A stretch of DNA of 64,000 nt from Longimicrobiales bacterium (lineage in GTDB: Bacteria > Gemmatimonadota > Gemmatimonadetes > Longimicrobiales > Gaopeijiaceae): the NCBI GenBank assembly GCA_965249725.1, contig CBDFMQ010000002.1, positions 32,001 to 96,000 on the forward strand, written 5' to 3'. The stretch's first letter is position 1; the number at the start of each line of letters is the position of its first letter. A program made the position numbers and the translations under genes. Below, piece by piece: positions 1 to 9,480 of the stretch. A model generated the notes under the pieces. The model searched no databases. It was not told the origin of the DNA and saw nothing but the letters and a program-made list of their open reading frames with translations.

Positions 1-902
1 CCCTGCCAAGCGGACACCGCAACCAAAGGCATCCCCAGGCCGTACCCCCACAAAATCAGCCGACGATAGAAGCCGCTGCCCCTGAGCGCCGAGAAGACAC
101 CCACCTTCATGAGGCCCATTCCGATCAACATCAATCCCCCCATACGCCACAAGCCAAAGAACACTAGGCCCATGGTCTGCATCATCAGAACCTCTGGCGC
201 ACGGTGAGCGAGGGCGTCTCCATAGCTCCCGCGGTACGCCGTCACATTGGCGTCCAGATCCCCCTCCGTCGGCGCCACCATGGGCCGCTGGTCTAGCCAT
301 TTTTCCAGACCGACCGCTTCTTCCTCGGTGAGCTCGTCACCCGCATCCGCCTTGATTTCGAGCGCTTGGCCCTCGGGGATCATCTGTTCCATCCATAACC
401 CGCCCCCGGTTGAAAGAGCGAGGGCCGGAAGCATCCAGATCGAACCGAGAATGATCAGCGTCTTGGCCTTCTTGCGACGTAGCGGATAGATCAGGAGACC
501 CAAGAAGGCGTAGGTGAAGAGAATGTCGCCGAACCAGATCAAGTAGGCATGGAGCGCGCCCATCACCAGCAACCAGAGCATGCGCCGATACCATGTGCCA
601 GCGAACTTCCCGGTTTCTGAGCGTTCCGTCATCAGAATGAGTCCGGCGCCAAAAAGCATCGAGAAGATGGGCAGGAACTTCTGATCGACGAGAAAGTGCG
701 TGGCGAACCAGATGGACATCGAAAGCTCGTCGGTTCCGCCCCACGCCAGAGGATTGTCGTAGGCCGCGAAGGGCATCGCGAAGGCGTAGATATTCATGGC
801 CAGAATCCCGAGCACGGCGACCCCCCTCAGAACGTCGATCGACTCGATGCGGCTTCGCTCGGCCACCGGGGTGAAAGGTGTCGCAGCTCCTGGCTCAATC
901 AT
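1..902 (-). CDS. DUF418/YeiB-family membrane protein (runs off left edge)
   Basis: Manual translation from ATG at 902: MIEPGAATPFTPVAERSRIESIDVLRGVAVLGILAMNI...DQKFLPIFSMLFGAG...IWFGDIL, the typical YeiB/DUF418 motifs; absent from the ORF track because it is incomplete. Confidence 0.85.
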   Translation of the reverse strand, partial: MIEPGAATPFTPVAERSRIESIDVLRGVAVLGILAMNIYAFAMPFAAYDNPLAWGGTDELSMSIWFATHFLVDQKFLPIFSMLFGAGLILMTERSETGKFAGTWYRRMLWLLVMGALHAYLIWFGDILFTYAFLGLLIYPLRRKKAKTLIILGSIWMLPALALSTGGGLWMEQMIPEGQALEIKADAGDELTEEEAVGLEKWLDQRPMVAPTEGDLDANVTAYRGSYGDALAHRAPEVLMMQTMGLVFFGLWRMGGLMLIGMGLMKVGVFSALRGSGFYRRLILWGYGLGMPLVAVSAWQ

Positions 903-910
903 GACGAGTC

Positions 911-1261
911 CTAAAGCCCCCGCAGCCCCTCCACCAACGCGTCCTGCGCCATCCGACGACGCATGTAGAACGACGGGATACGGTTGATCATCCTCAGGTT
1001 TTCCACCTGGGCGTCCACGACGGGATCCGCGGCGGGACTGAAAAAGCCGCTTTCCAGGTTGATGAAGCTCGCATCCTGCGTGTAGGCCCTCTGGATGACC
1101 TCCCAGTATGCTTCGTCCCGGGCGATCATTCCCGCGGACCGACGGTCGGCGCTACCCGCTCGTAGGATCTCACCCGCCGCCCCGAGGCTGAGGCGTGGCG
1201 TGGCGAGCCCACCCAGTGCTGCGCCGCCGGCCAACTGCACGAAGGAACGTCTGCTGAACAT
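911..1261 (-). pseudogene. Internally deleted Tat-exported class V aminotransferase-like gene
   Basis: Tat signal SRRSFV, then DEAYWEVIQRAY..FINLESGFFSP (compare 29329 paralogue DWARIREQF..LNAANLCPSP), then directly a C-terminal-like helix DALVEGLRGL; only 116 aa and no PLP-lysine region. Confidence 0.7.
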
Positions 1262-1456
1262 CGCCGTCTCCTGGTTCGATCCGCGGTGAGGAGTAGGGGC
1301 CTGGAGTCCCTCTTCTCCAATGTGCCCGGGTCGGATCCCGGAGGACAGTAGGGATAGGACGGCGAGCTCTGCATGCCAGCGGCGAATCTGGCTGTGTCCG
1401 ATCCCGGTCCCTAACTTTCCGTGGACTCACAAGAAAACCCCTCGAAGGGCTGAACC

Positions 1457-2761
1457 ATGTCCATACACGGCTACTCCTCATCTTCATTTTCACTTCTCGC
1501 GGACAAGTCGCTCGTGGCGCTGTTGTTCGTGGTGGCGTGCGGACCGGCGATGCCCTCGGCCGATTTGCCCGACGACCTCCGGCCGCTCGTGGAGGAGGCT
1601 TGGGATCGTTGTGGCGCACTCGAGGCTGCAGAAGAGGAGGCCTGCTACGAGCCGGTGATCCTCGGGCGGCTCGACGAGGAGGGTGTCCACGAGGCCATCC
1701 GGCTGCTCGAGGCGATCGGCTCGGTGGACCCGAAGGTCGAGCGGAACGGGCACATGTACGTGCATGGCATCGGCATCACCGCCTATCAGAACAACCCGAA
1801 CTGGAGCGAGACGTTCGAACAGTGCTCCGAGCTCTACCAATCCGGGTGTTACCACGGGGTGATTCAGGCGCGTTTTATGGAGATGGGCGACATCACCGCG
1901 GCGGACGTCAACGCCCTCTGTGAGATGTACCGGGGCGACCCGGCCGCTCGCTTCGTGCTGTTCCAGTGCCTGCACGGTATGGGTCACGGGCTGACCATGA
2001 TCTACGGTCACGACCTGCCGGTCGCCCTCGAGGCCTGTGACCACCTGTCCTCGAACTGGGATCAGCGGTCGTGTTACGGCGGTGCATTCATGGAGAACAT
2101 CATGAATGCGACGGCGCCGCATCATATGGTCGACGATATGATGGCTGAGACCGGGGGAGGCGGGGAGGCGGAAGATGCGCCCATGCCCATGGAGGGTGAG
2201 CAAGCCGAGATGGCCGAGCACGAGCACGCCGCGAGCGAGTGGGCCGGTCTCGATCCCGACGATCCCCTCTATCCCTGCTCGGTCATGGAAGCCCGCTATC
2301 TGCAAGAGTGCTACGTCATGCAGACGTCGGCGATCCTCTGGCTGAACGACTGGGAGATCGCAGAGGGTGCCGCCACCTGTCTGACGGCTCCTGAGCACAT
2401 GCGCCAGACCTGTATTCAGAGTCTCGGGCGTGATATCGCGGGACACGTGGTCGGCGATCACGAGCGCGGCATCGAGGAATGCTCCAAGGCGAACGCAGAC
2501 CTACGACCTTGGTGTTACGTCGGCTTCGTGAAGAACCTGATCGATGTCAGCGCGCGTACGGATGGCGCCTTTGCTTTTTGCCCACAGCTCGACGATCGGA
2601 CGGGTCGCTTGATGTGTTACCGCGCGATCGGGGAAGAACTCGACGTCCTGAGGGCCACCAGCGAGGAGCGAACTGCCGAGTGTGAGGTCGTAAGCGGTGA
2701 CGAGCAGCAGGCGTGTCTGTACGGGGCGCGGCAAGTATCGGCCATGCCTGAGGGCGTCTGA
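1457..2761 (+). CDS. Cys/His-rich putative lipoprotein of unknown function
   Basis: 434 aa ORF, lipobox-like LFVVAC, motifs GHMYVHGIG, SGCYHG, QCLHGMGHG, SCYGGAFMEN and many spaced Cys pairs. Confidence 0.7.
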   Translation: MSIHGYSSSSFSLLADKSLVALLFVVACGPAMPSADLPDDLRPLVEEAWDRCGALEAAEEEACYEPVILGRLDEEGVHEAIRLLEAIGSVDPKVERNGHMYVHGIGITAYQNNPNWSETFEQCSELYQSGCYHGVIQARFMEMGDITAADVNALCEMYRGDPAARFVLFQCLHGMGHGLTMIYGHDLPVALEACDHLSSNWDQRSCYGGAFMENIMNATAPHHMVDDMMAETGGGGEAEDAPMPMEGEQAEMAEHEHAASEWAGLDPDDPLYPCSVMEARYLQECYVMQTSAILWLNDWEIAEGAATCLTAPEHMRQTCIQSLGRDIAGHVVGDHERGIEECSKANADLRPWCYVGFVKNLIDVSARTDGAFAFCPQLDDRTGRLMCYRAIGEELDVLRATSEERTAECEVVSGDEQQACLYGARQVSAMPEGV

Positions 2762-2981
2762 TGGAGGCTACGCGCCGTCCTGATGCCCGGCGGGCTGCAG
2801 GTCCGGCTCGTCGAGCCAGCATCCTGTTCGGCTCGCCGGGACACCGACTTGTGGCGCGAGACCCCCAAACCGCATCTTTTAGGAGGCAGACCGCGCACCT
2901 CTGGAGTGATGCTCGTTGTGAGTTCGTCCGAGGGGTTCAACATGCGGGCGCAGAACTGATGCTCGCTCGGGGACGTCGTCG

Positions 2982-3881
2982 ATGACCGACAACAGAACGC
3001 TGATCATGAAGAGCCCGTTCGTCCCAGACCGGGGGCTCAACAAGAAGAGTCACGCTTCCCTGATAGTTCTGAAGGGTGAGGAGATCGGTCGGGACTTTCG
3101 CCTCAGAAGGATCAGTATGGTCATCGGGCGCAGCACCACGGCCGATATCTGTTTGCCGGGCCATGGAACGTCGCGGGAGCATGCGCGCGTCGACTATCAC
3201 GTCGCGAAAGACGGTAGCGCGACCTTCACCCTCACCGATCTGGAGAGCACGAACAAGACGTTCGTGAACTCGGATCCGGTGGACTCCGTTCAGCTTCGAG
3301 ATGGTGACAAGATCCGGATCGGCGACTCCGTCCTCAAGTTCGTGATGCTCGACGACATCGAAGCGAGGTTCCACGCCGATGTCCGTGATCTCATCTCCTA
3401 CGATCAGCTGACAGGTCTGCTGACCAAGGAATCGCTCTACCTGGCCTTTGAGAGAGAGCTGGAGCGATGCATGCGCTACGATTTGCCTCTCGGCGTGTTG
3501 ATGATGGATCTGGACCGCTTCAAGTCGGTCAACGACGGGCACGGCCACCAAATGGGGAGCCATGTCCTGGGTGAAGTGGGGCAGATTATCAACCAGAGTG
3601 TCCGAATCGCCGATGCGTCGGCTCGCTACGGGGGTGAGGAGTTCCTCAGTTACTTGACGGAGACCGATGCTGCAGGAGTCGAGCACGTTGCGGAACGCGT
3701 TCGGGCTGCGATCGAGGCCCACACCTTCGTCCTCGATGATTTGAGCATGAAGATCACCATCAGCATCGGCATCGCTGTTGCCCCCCGGCATGGCGACAGC
3801 ATCAAGGCGCTCGTGGCCGCGGCAGACGAAGCTCTCTACCGTGCGAAGGAAACCGGCCGGAACCGCGTCTGCATGGCATGA
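2982..3881 (+). CDS. FHA-domain diguanylate cyclase
   Basis: FHA motifs IGRS..SREHA..DLESTNKTFVN; GGDEF domain with DLDRFKSVND, RxxD I-site (RIAD) and GGEEF. Confidence 0.93.
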   Translation: MTDNRTLIMKSPFVPDRGLNKKSHASLIVLKGEEIGRDFRLRRISMVIGRSTTADICLPGHGTSREHARVDYHVAKDGSATFTLTDLESTNKTFVNSDPVDSVQLRDGDKIRIGDSVLKFVMLDDIEARFHADVRDLISYDQLTGLLTKESLYLAFERELERCMRYDLPLGVLMMDLDRFKSVNDGHGHQMGSHVLGEVGQIINQSVRIADASARYGGEEFLSYLTETDAAGVEHVAERVRAAIEAHTFVLDDLSMKITISIGIAVAPRHGDSIKALVAAADEALYRAKETGRNRVCMA

Positions 3882-4501
3882 CGAGTCCCGCTGTCGGTTA
3901 GACGACCCGGACCCTCGGCGGAGAGGAGCCGGCGCAAGAACTCGGCTTGGTCCCGTACTTCGACGATCATCTCGATTTCCACTGCCTGGCCGCGGGGCAG
4001 CGATGCCATCCCGACGGCGGCGCGGGCGTGCCGTCCACGATCTCCGAAGACCTCGACGATCAGGTCCGAGAAACCGTTGATTACCGCCGGCTGCTCGACG
4101 AAGGAGGGGTCGGAGTTGACCATGCCCAAGACTTTCACGACGCGCACGACCCGGTCGAGGTTACCGAGCATCGACTTGAGGACGGCCAGCTGATTGATCG
4201 CCGTCAAACGCGCGCCCTCATAGCCGTCGGCGATGGTGACACCCGCACCGAGCTTCCCGGTGATTTCAGTGCCATCCGCCCGCCTGGGCCCTTTGCCCGC
4301 GAGGAAGATCAAGTTGCCGGTGCGCACACCGTTCACATAGTTGGCAACCGGGCTGGGCGGTACAGGCAGCGTGATGCCAAGCTCCACGAGACGTGCTTCT
4401 GGGTCATAGGTCTCCACTTGCTGTGCCGATGCGCCCTGTTGGCTGGTGATAAGGAAAACGATGGTGACACTGCATAACGCCCGTAACAAAGACCTGTCCA
4501 T
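3836..4501 (-). CDS. RidA/YjgF/YER057c/UK114 family protein with N-terminal signal peptide
   Basis: PVANYV..RTGNLIFLAG..VINGFSDL..GRHARAAVGMASLP..VEIE; hydrophobic leader ending ASA-Q. Confidence 0.88.
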   Translation of the reverse strand: MDRSLLRALCSVTIVFLITSQQGASAQQVETYDPEARLVELGITLPVPPSPVANYVNGVRTGNLIFLAGKGPRRADGTEITGKLGAGVTIADGYEGARLTAINQLAVLKSMLGNLDRVVRVVKVLGMVNSDPSFVEQPAVINGFSDLIVEVFGDRGRHARAAVGMASLPRGQAVEIEMIVEVRDQAEFLRRLLSAEGPGRLTDSGTRHAMQTRFRPVSFAR

Positions 4502-4597
4502 GATTCAGCATCCCCGAGTGACTAGACGGCTCCATGTCGAAGCCGCAGCTTGCTCGGTTCTCACAATCTGTGCAACCACCCGATCTCGGGCATTCCA

Positions 4598-6172
4598 TTA
4601 ACCCCCCGGACCCGGCCACGAACGCTCCGGGTCGATACAGATGGGCCACCCCGTGGCTTCTCCCGTACGCTCGTCGGCTGGGAACGACGCTCTCCGCTCC
4701 CGCGAAACACGCTCTGGATCTTCAGCGGCCAGGTACGTCATTGCCGCGATCAGGGTCGCGTTGTGTCTCACTTCCTCGAAGACGAGCTTGTCGAACGTAT
4801 CTCTGTTCGTGTGCCAGGTGTATGTGCGGTAGTCCCACCCTCGTCCGCCGAATCGGAAGGCCGGCACGCCGTAGCAGAGGAACGAGGCGTGGTCGGTCCC
4901 TCCGGTCGCGGGTATGCCGGGGAGCGTGAGCTTGAGAGGATCGGCCAGTTCGCTGGGCATTTGAGCGAACCATCGTGAGAAGTGCGCGCCGGCTCCCGTC
5001 ATTCCCTGCATGGAGATGTCGTTCACCAGTCCCGTTCCGATATCGAAGTTGAGCAGAACGTGAAGGCCCTCGACGACCTCCGGGTTGTCCTGCGCGAACG
5101 CCCGTGAGCCGTTCAGCCCCTGTTCCTCGCCTCCCCAATGCCCGACGAGAATCGTCCTCTTGGGCGCCGGATAGACCTCTTTCAGAATGCGCATAGCCTC
5201 GAGGATCGTGATCGTGCCGGCTCCCGTGTCCGTGGCCCCCGAGCCCCCGTCCCACGAATCCAGATGTGACGACAGCACCACATACTCGTCGGGAAGTGAC
5301 ACACCGCGGAACTCCGCGATCGTGTTGTAGGCCGGGACCTCTCCCAGCATCTCTCCCTGGGCGTCTACCCTGAGGACCGGGCCCTGTGAGTTTTGTGCGA
5401 GCCGGAACAGGAGGCTGTAGTCCTCGCAACTCAGGTCGAGCGAGGGCACCACGTCGGTTCGGGCACCGAAGATGCGCGTTACGCCCCACCCACCGGACCA
5501 TGTGGAGGTCAGCACACCGGCGACGCCCCCTCGCTCGAGCGCTTGGGCAAGCGTTCTCGCGGTGTGGCCGGTTCGCTCGATCCGCTCCTGCCACTCCCTG
5601 GACTGCTGGTCCCGACTCGCGCGCATGTCTTCGTAGACACTCGTGTCCGCGAATTCCTCCCAGCTCCGATCCGGACGGCAGGTGATCTGCGGCGCGGAAA
5701 TCAGGATGTACTTGCTTCGCGCCGTCGAGAGCCAGGCGGCGAACTCGGCTGGGTTCCGGACCCTCGGTAGCACGACGACATCTCCCTCAACGGGGCCGTT
5801 CGTACCCGGGCTCCAACCCAGCATCGTGGCTTCGAGCGTGCGCAGACGAGGGCGCAGGAGGTCGACGTGCGTCGGACCCCGCCGCCACCCCCTCCAGGTT
5901 CCGTACTGCTCCTTCTTGGCGGGGATGCCCCACGAGGCGTAGTTCGAGACGAGCCAGTCGCCCGCGGCCTCGAGCTCTGGCGTGCCGGTCAGACGGGGGC
6001 CGATCGAGTCCATCAGGACCTGCGCGAACTCGTAGGTCCTCGAGCTGTCCATTCCCATGGCCCAGATGCGTCGCAGAACCGGGTCGTCGGTCGTAAAGGT
6101 CTGGCCGTTGGTAGGGGAGGTGCCCAAGGTCATGGCCAGGGCGATGGTTATGGCTACCCGTGTTGCGTTCAA
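4598..6172 (-). CDS. Secreted M28 family peptidase (carboxypeptidase Q-like)
   Basis: SHLDSW, GATDTGAG, WGGEEQGLNGS, GGTDHASF, TWHTNRDT; start placed at TTG 6172 behind a GAGAGGA SD (ORF track extends to 6307). Confidence 0.88.
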   Translation of the reverse strand: MNATRVAITIALAMTLGTSPTNGQTFTTDDPVLRRIWAMGMDSSRTYEFAQVLMDSIGPRLTGTPELEAAGDWLVSNYASWGIPAKKEQYGTWRGWRRGPTHVDLLRPRLRTLEATMLGWSPGTNGPVEGDVVVLPRVRNPAEFAAWLSTARSKYILISAPQITCRPDRSWEEFADTSVYEDMRASRDQQSREWQERIERTGHTARTLAQALERGGVAGVLTSTWSGGWGVTRIFGARTDVVPSLDLSCEDYSLLFRLAQNSQGPVLRVDAQGEMLGEVPAYNTIAEFRGVSLPDEYVVLSSHLDSWDGGSGATDTGAGTITILEAMRILKEVYPAPKRTILVGHWGGEEQGLNGSRAFAQDNPEVVEGLHVLLNFDIGTGLVNDISMQGMTGAGAHFSRWFAQMPSELADPLKLTLPGIPATGGTDHASFLCYGVPAFRFGGRGWDYRTYTWHTNRDTFDKLVFEEVRHNATLIAAMTYLAAEDPERVSRERRASFPADERTGEATGWPICIDPERSWPGPGG

Positions 6173-6345
6173 GGCAGTCCTCTCGTCGGGAGTAGGCAGT
6201 CGTCGAATTTGTCGGAAGGTGCGACTCGCCTGAGATCTCGGCAAACGCAGGATGAGAGAGACATTCCTCGTCTGACCCATCGTCGTCTTTGCAGCCCTCA
6301 GAGCCATCGGATAGCTTATCAGCCGCCTACCTTGAGGAGATGACG

Positions 6346-7734
6346 ATGAGCAGCCGAGTTTTCATGTGGTCGATGGCCGCGGTCACGATGGTCCTGTGCT
6401 CACATCCGCTGTCCGCCAGCGCCGTACAGGACTCCCGGCGGGAACGAGAGCTATTTCAGACGATCGACCGAAACCGTGAGTCGCACGTCGAATTCCTGCA
6501 GAGCCTGATACGCGCCCAGCCAGATGGCGAAGCAGCCGTTCAGGCTCTGGTCTCCGCGCGCTTCGAGGGACTGGGGCTCGAGGTGGAGACGCTCAGCCTG
6601 TTGCCCATCGGGCTACGTCCCGAGCACGAGTTCGCCTCCGAAGAGATGATCGACATGAGCGAACGGGTCAGTGTGATGGGCCGACTCCGGGGAACCGGAG
6701 GTGGGAAGAGCATGCTCTTCTTCGGTCATCCCGACCCGGAACCCATGACGGAAGAGTCCATGGCGGGGTGGACCCGCGACCCGTTCGCGGCCGAGGTGGA
6801 CCAGGGTCGCCTCTACGGGTGGGGTGTGGCGGACGACTTGGCGGGCGTGGCGATCATGGCCGAGGCGCTTGCGGCGGTGCTCGAGTCGATGGGTACCCCC
6901 CGCGGCGACATCTTGCTCGCCAGTACTCCGGCCAAGCGCAACGCTCGCGGCATCGTCGGCTTGTTGAACGAAGGATACCACGCCGACGCTTCCGTATATC
7001 TGCATCCTGCCGAGTCGGAGAAGGGCCTCAAGGACATCAAGGCGATCACTTCGGGCATGGCGAGGTTCCGGATCACGGTCGAGGGACAGGCTCCGGATAC
7101 GCGCGAGCCCGGACAAACGGCGTTCACGCACATGGCCGTGAATGCGGTCGACAAGATGGCTTTGGTGCTGAATGCGCTCGACGACCTCGACGAGGACAGA
7201 GCGGAGAGGGTATTCCATCCCGCCCTCGATGCAGCGGTGGGCCGTTCGACGAATCTGCTGACGAGCCACGTCTCTTGTGGCCGGGAGGGTAGCACGACAA
7301 GGGTCCCGACCGAGTGCGTGATCGAGGGGTCGACGACCTTCCCACCGACCGAACTGATGCCCGACGTGCAGCGGGAAATTCTGGACGCCGTCGAGCGTGC
7401 GACGCGGAATGACCCGTGGCTGACGGAGAATCGTCCGGTGGTCGAGTGGTTGGCCGGCACACAGGGTGTCGAAGTGCCGCGCGACCATCCGCTCTACCAA
7501 ACGGTACATCGAGCGGTTGTCGAGGTGACGGGAGTCGAGCCTGAGGTGAATCCACTTCATTCGGGGAGCGACATCCGGAATCCGAAACTCTTCAGCGACA
7601 TCCCCTCGGTCGGTATCGGTCCCTTGGCCGGTGACCTCACCCAGGCGGGCAGGCACGACGAGTGGGTAGATGTCGAGGACTACATCCGCGCGATCAAGAT
7701 TTGCGCCAAGATCATTGCCGACTGGAGCAACTGA
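6346..7734 (+). CDS. Secreted M20/ArgE-DapE-like hydrolase homologue with atypical metal ligands
   Basis: GHPD, GWTRDPF, GRLYGWGVADD, NAVDKM, DEWV; SD GAGGAG before ATG 6346; the canonical EE is missing. Confidence 0.82.
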   Translation: MSSRVFMWSMAAVTMVLCSHPLSASAVQDSRRERELFQTIDRNRESHVEFLQSLIRAQPDGEAAVQALVSARFEGLGLEVETLSLLPIGLRPEHEFASEEMIDMSERVSVMGRLRGTGGGKSMLFFGHPDPEPMTEESMAGWTRDPFAAEVDQGRLYGWGVADDLAGVAIMAEALAAVLESMGTPRGDILLASTPAKRNARGIVGLLNEGYHADASVYLHPAESEKGLKDIKAITSGMARFRITVEGQAPDTREPGQTAFTHMAVNAVDKMALVLNALDDLDEDRAERVFHPALDAAVGRSTNLLTSHVSCGREGSTTRVPTECVIEGSTTFPPTELMPDVQREILDAVERATRNDPWLTENRPVVEWLAGTQGVEVPRDHPLYQTVHRAVVEVTGVEPEVNPLHSGSDIRNPKLFSDIPSVGIGPLAGDLTQAGRHDEWVDVEDYIRAIKICAKIIADWSN

Positions 7735-8203
7735 CCGGTTCCTGCGGCCGATTCGCCGATCGGTCGAGATCACGATCGTAACCCTCTTCGCCGTGCTGAC
7801 GATCTCCGTGTTCGCACAGGTCGTGGCGCGTTACGTGTTCAACCAACCTCCGACCTGGACGGAAGAACTAGCGCGCTTCTGCCAGGTGTGGATCATCCTT
7901 CTCACCTCTTCCATCTGTCTGCGTAAGGGCAGCCACCTCGCGGTCGACTACCTGGGCCCCGCGTTGACCCCCCGATGGCGAAGAGGGATTGCGGCACTCA
8001 CCGGGGGCCTTATTGCGACCTACTCGGCCGTCGTCTTGATCTGGGGGGTGCGCCTCTTGATGATCGGGTTGGTGCAGACCTCTCCCGCCATGCAGCTGAA
8101 CATGGGATTGGTGTACTTGGTGTTCCCGGTTGCGGGCGGTCTGATGCTGATGGAGGCGATCCTGGCGACGCTGCAGAGTGACCGAGAGTTGGAGGCATCG
8201 TGA
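7670..8203 (+). CDS. dctQ: TRAP transporter small permease
   Basis: QVVARYVFN..WTEELAR..GSHLAVD..QTSPAM; four TM-like segments; start uncertain. Confidence 0.9.
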   Translation: MSRTTSARSRFAPRSLPTGATDRFLRPIRRSVEITIVTLFAVLTISVFAQVVARYVFNQPPTWTEELARFCQVWIILLTSSICLRKGSHLAVDYLGPALTPRWRRGIAALTGGLIATYSAVVLIWGVRLLMIGLVQTSPAMQLNMGLVYLVFPVAGGLMLMEAILATLQSDRELEAS

Positions 8204-9480
8204 TCCTGCTGGTCCTGATCATGCTCGTGCTGATCATCATCGGTATGCCCGTGGCTTTCGCCCTCGGCGTGGGCGCACTCGGCGCTCTCCTGGCCGATCA
8301 GAGTCTTCCACTGACGTTGGTCCCGCAGCGCATGTTCACCGCGCTCGATTCGTGGCCGATCATGGCGGTGCCGTTGTTCATGCTGGCCGGGGGACTGATG
8401 GACAAGGGAGGCATGTCGAGGCGGATCGTGGAGTTCGCTTCCGCCTGTCTCTGCTTCGTGCGGGGGAGCCTCGGGATGGTGACGGTGATGGCCAGCATGG
8501 TGTTCGCGGGGATCTCGGGGTCATCGACTGCGGATACGGCGGCCGTCGGCTCGATCATGCTGCCGGCGATGCGGAGCCGGGGATACGACATGCGCTTTGC
8601 CGCGGCGCTTCAGGCGGCCGGGGGGGCGATCGGCCCGATCATCCCGCCGAGTATCTTGATGATCGTAATCGGATACGTGACCGGCACTTCCGTGGCCCAG
8701 TTGTTCTTGGCGGGGGTCGTACCCGGGGTGCTGATCGGCGTCGGTCTGATGGTGGTAGCCTATCGACAGGCGCTCAAGGAGGGACCCGACTTCGATGCGC
8801 CGGTGCCGTTCGACCTGCAGAAAGCCTTGGTCGCCGGAGTGAAGGCGCTCCCGGCATTGGGGCTGCCCGTTCTGATCGTGTTCGGCATTCTGGGTGGCGT
8901 ATTCACCGCGACCGAAGCTGCAGCGGCAGCGGTGGTATACGGTCTCGTGGTCGGGCTCTTTATCTATCGTGAAATCGGTTGGCGAGATCTACCGTCGATC
9001 GTCCTCCAGGCGGCCGAGACGTCCAGCGTGGTGCTGTTCATTGCGGCCACCGCCATGTTGTTCGCTTGGATGGTGGCGTCACACCAGGTACCGCAAGCGC
9101 TGGGGGCGTTCCTACAGGCCCACATCAGCGACCGTGTCCTGTTCTTGCTGTTCCTCAATCTGGTACTGCTGTTGTTGGGCATGTTCCTCGAGAGCTTCTC
9201 AGCGGTGATCGTATTTGTACCGATCTTGTTTCCGCTCGCACTCGACTTCGGGATCGACCCGCTGCACTTCGGGATTCTGACCACCGTGAATCTGGCGATC
9301 GGGTACATCACTCCGCCGTACGGGGCCACCCTGTTCGTGGCCTGCGGTATTGCGGAACAGAGTGTGCGGGCGGTGAGCGGCAAGATCCTGCCGATACTGA
9401 TCGCGATGCTCGTGGTCCTAGTGGTCGTTACCTACTGGCCCGACACCGTGTTGTGGCTCCCACGGTTGGCCGCCCAGTGA
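8200..9480 (+). CDS. dctM: TRAP transporter large permease
   Basis: AVPLFMLAG, FAGISGSSTADTAA, IIPPSI, GGVFTATEA, GIDPLHFG, ITPPYG. Confidence 0.95.
   Translation: MILLVLIMLVLIIIGMPVAFALGVGALGALLADQSLPLTLVPQRMFTALDSWPIMAVPLFMLAGGLMDKGGMSRRIVEFASACLCFVRGSLGMVTVMASMVFAGISGSSTADTAAVGSIMLPAMRSRGYDMRFAAALQAAGGAIGPIIPPSILMIVIGYVTGTSVAQLFLAGVVPGVLIGVGLMVVAYRQALKEGPDFDAPVPFDLQKALVAGVKALPALGLPVLIVFGILGGVFTATEAAAAAVVYGLVVGLFIYREIGWRDLPSIVLQAAETSSVVLFIAATAMLFAWMVASHQVPQALGAFLQAHISDRVLFLLFLNLVLLLLGMFLESFSAVIVFVPILFPLALDFGIDPLHFGILTTVNLAIGYITPPYGATLFVACGIAEQSVRAVSGKILPILIAMLVVLVVVTYWPDTVLWLPRLAAQ

Noticed and set aside
2761..2985. ORF coupled to the stop of the Cys-rich gene
   Set aside because: Low-complexity Arg/Ala/Pro content and no family motif
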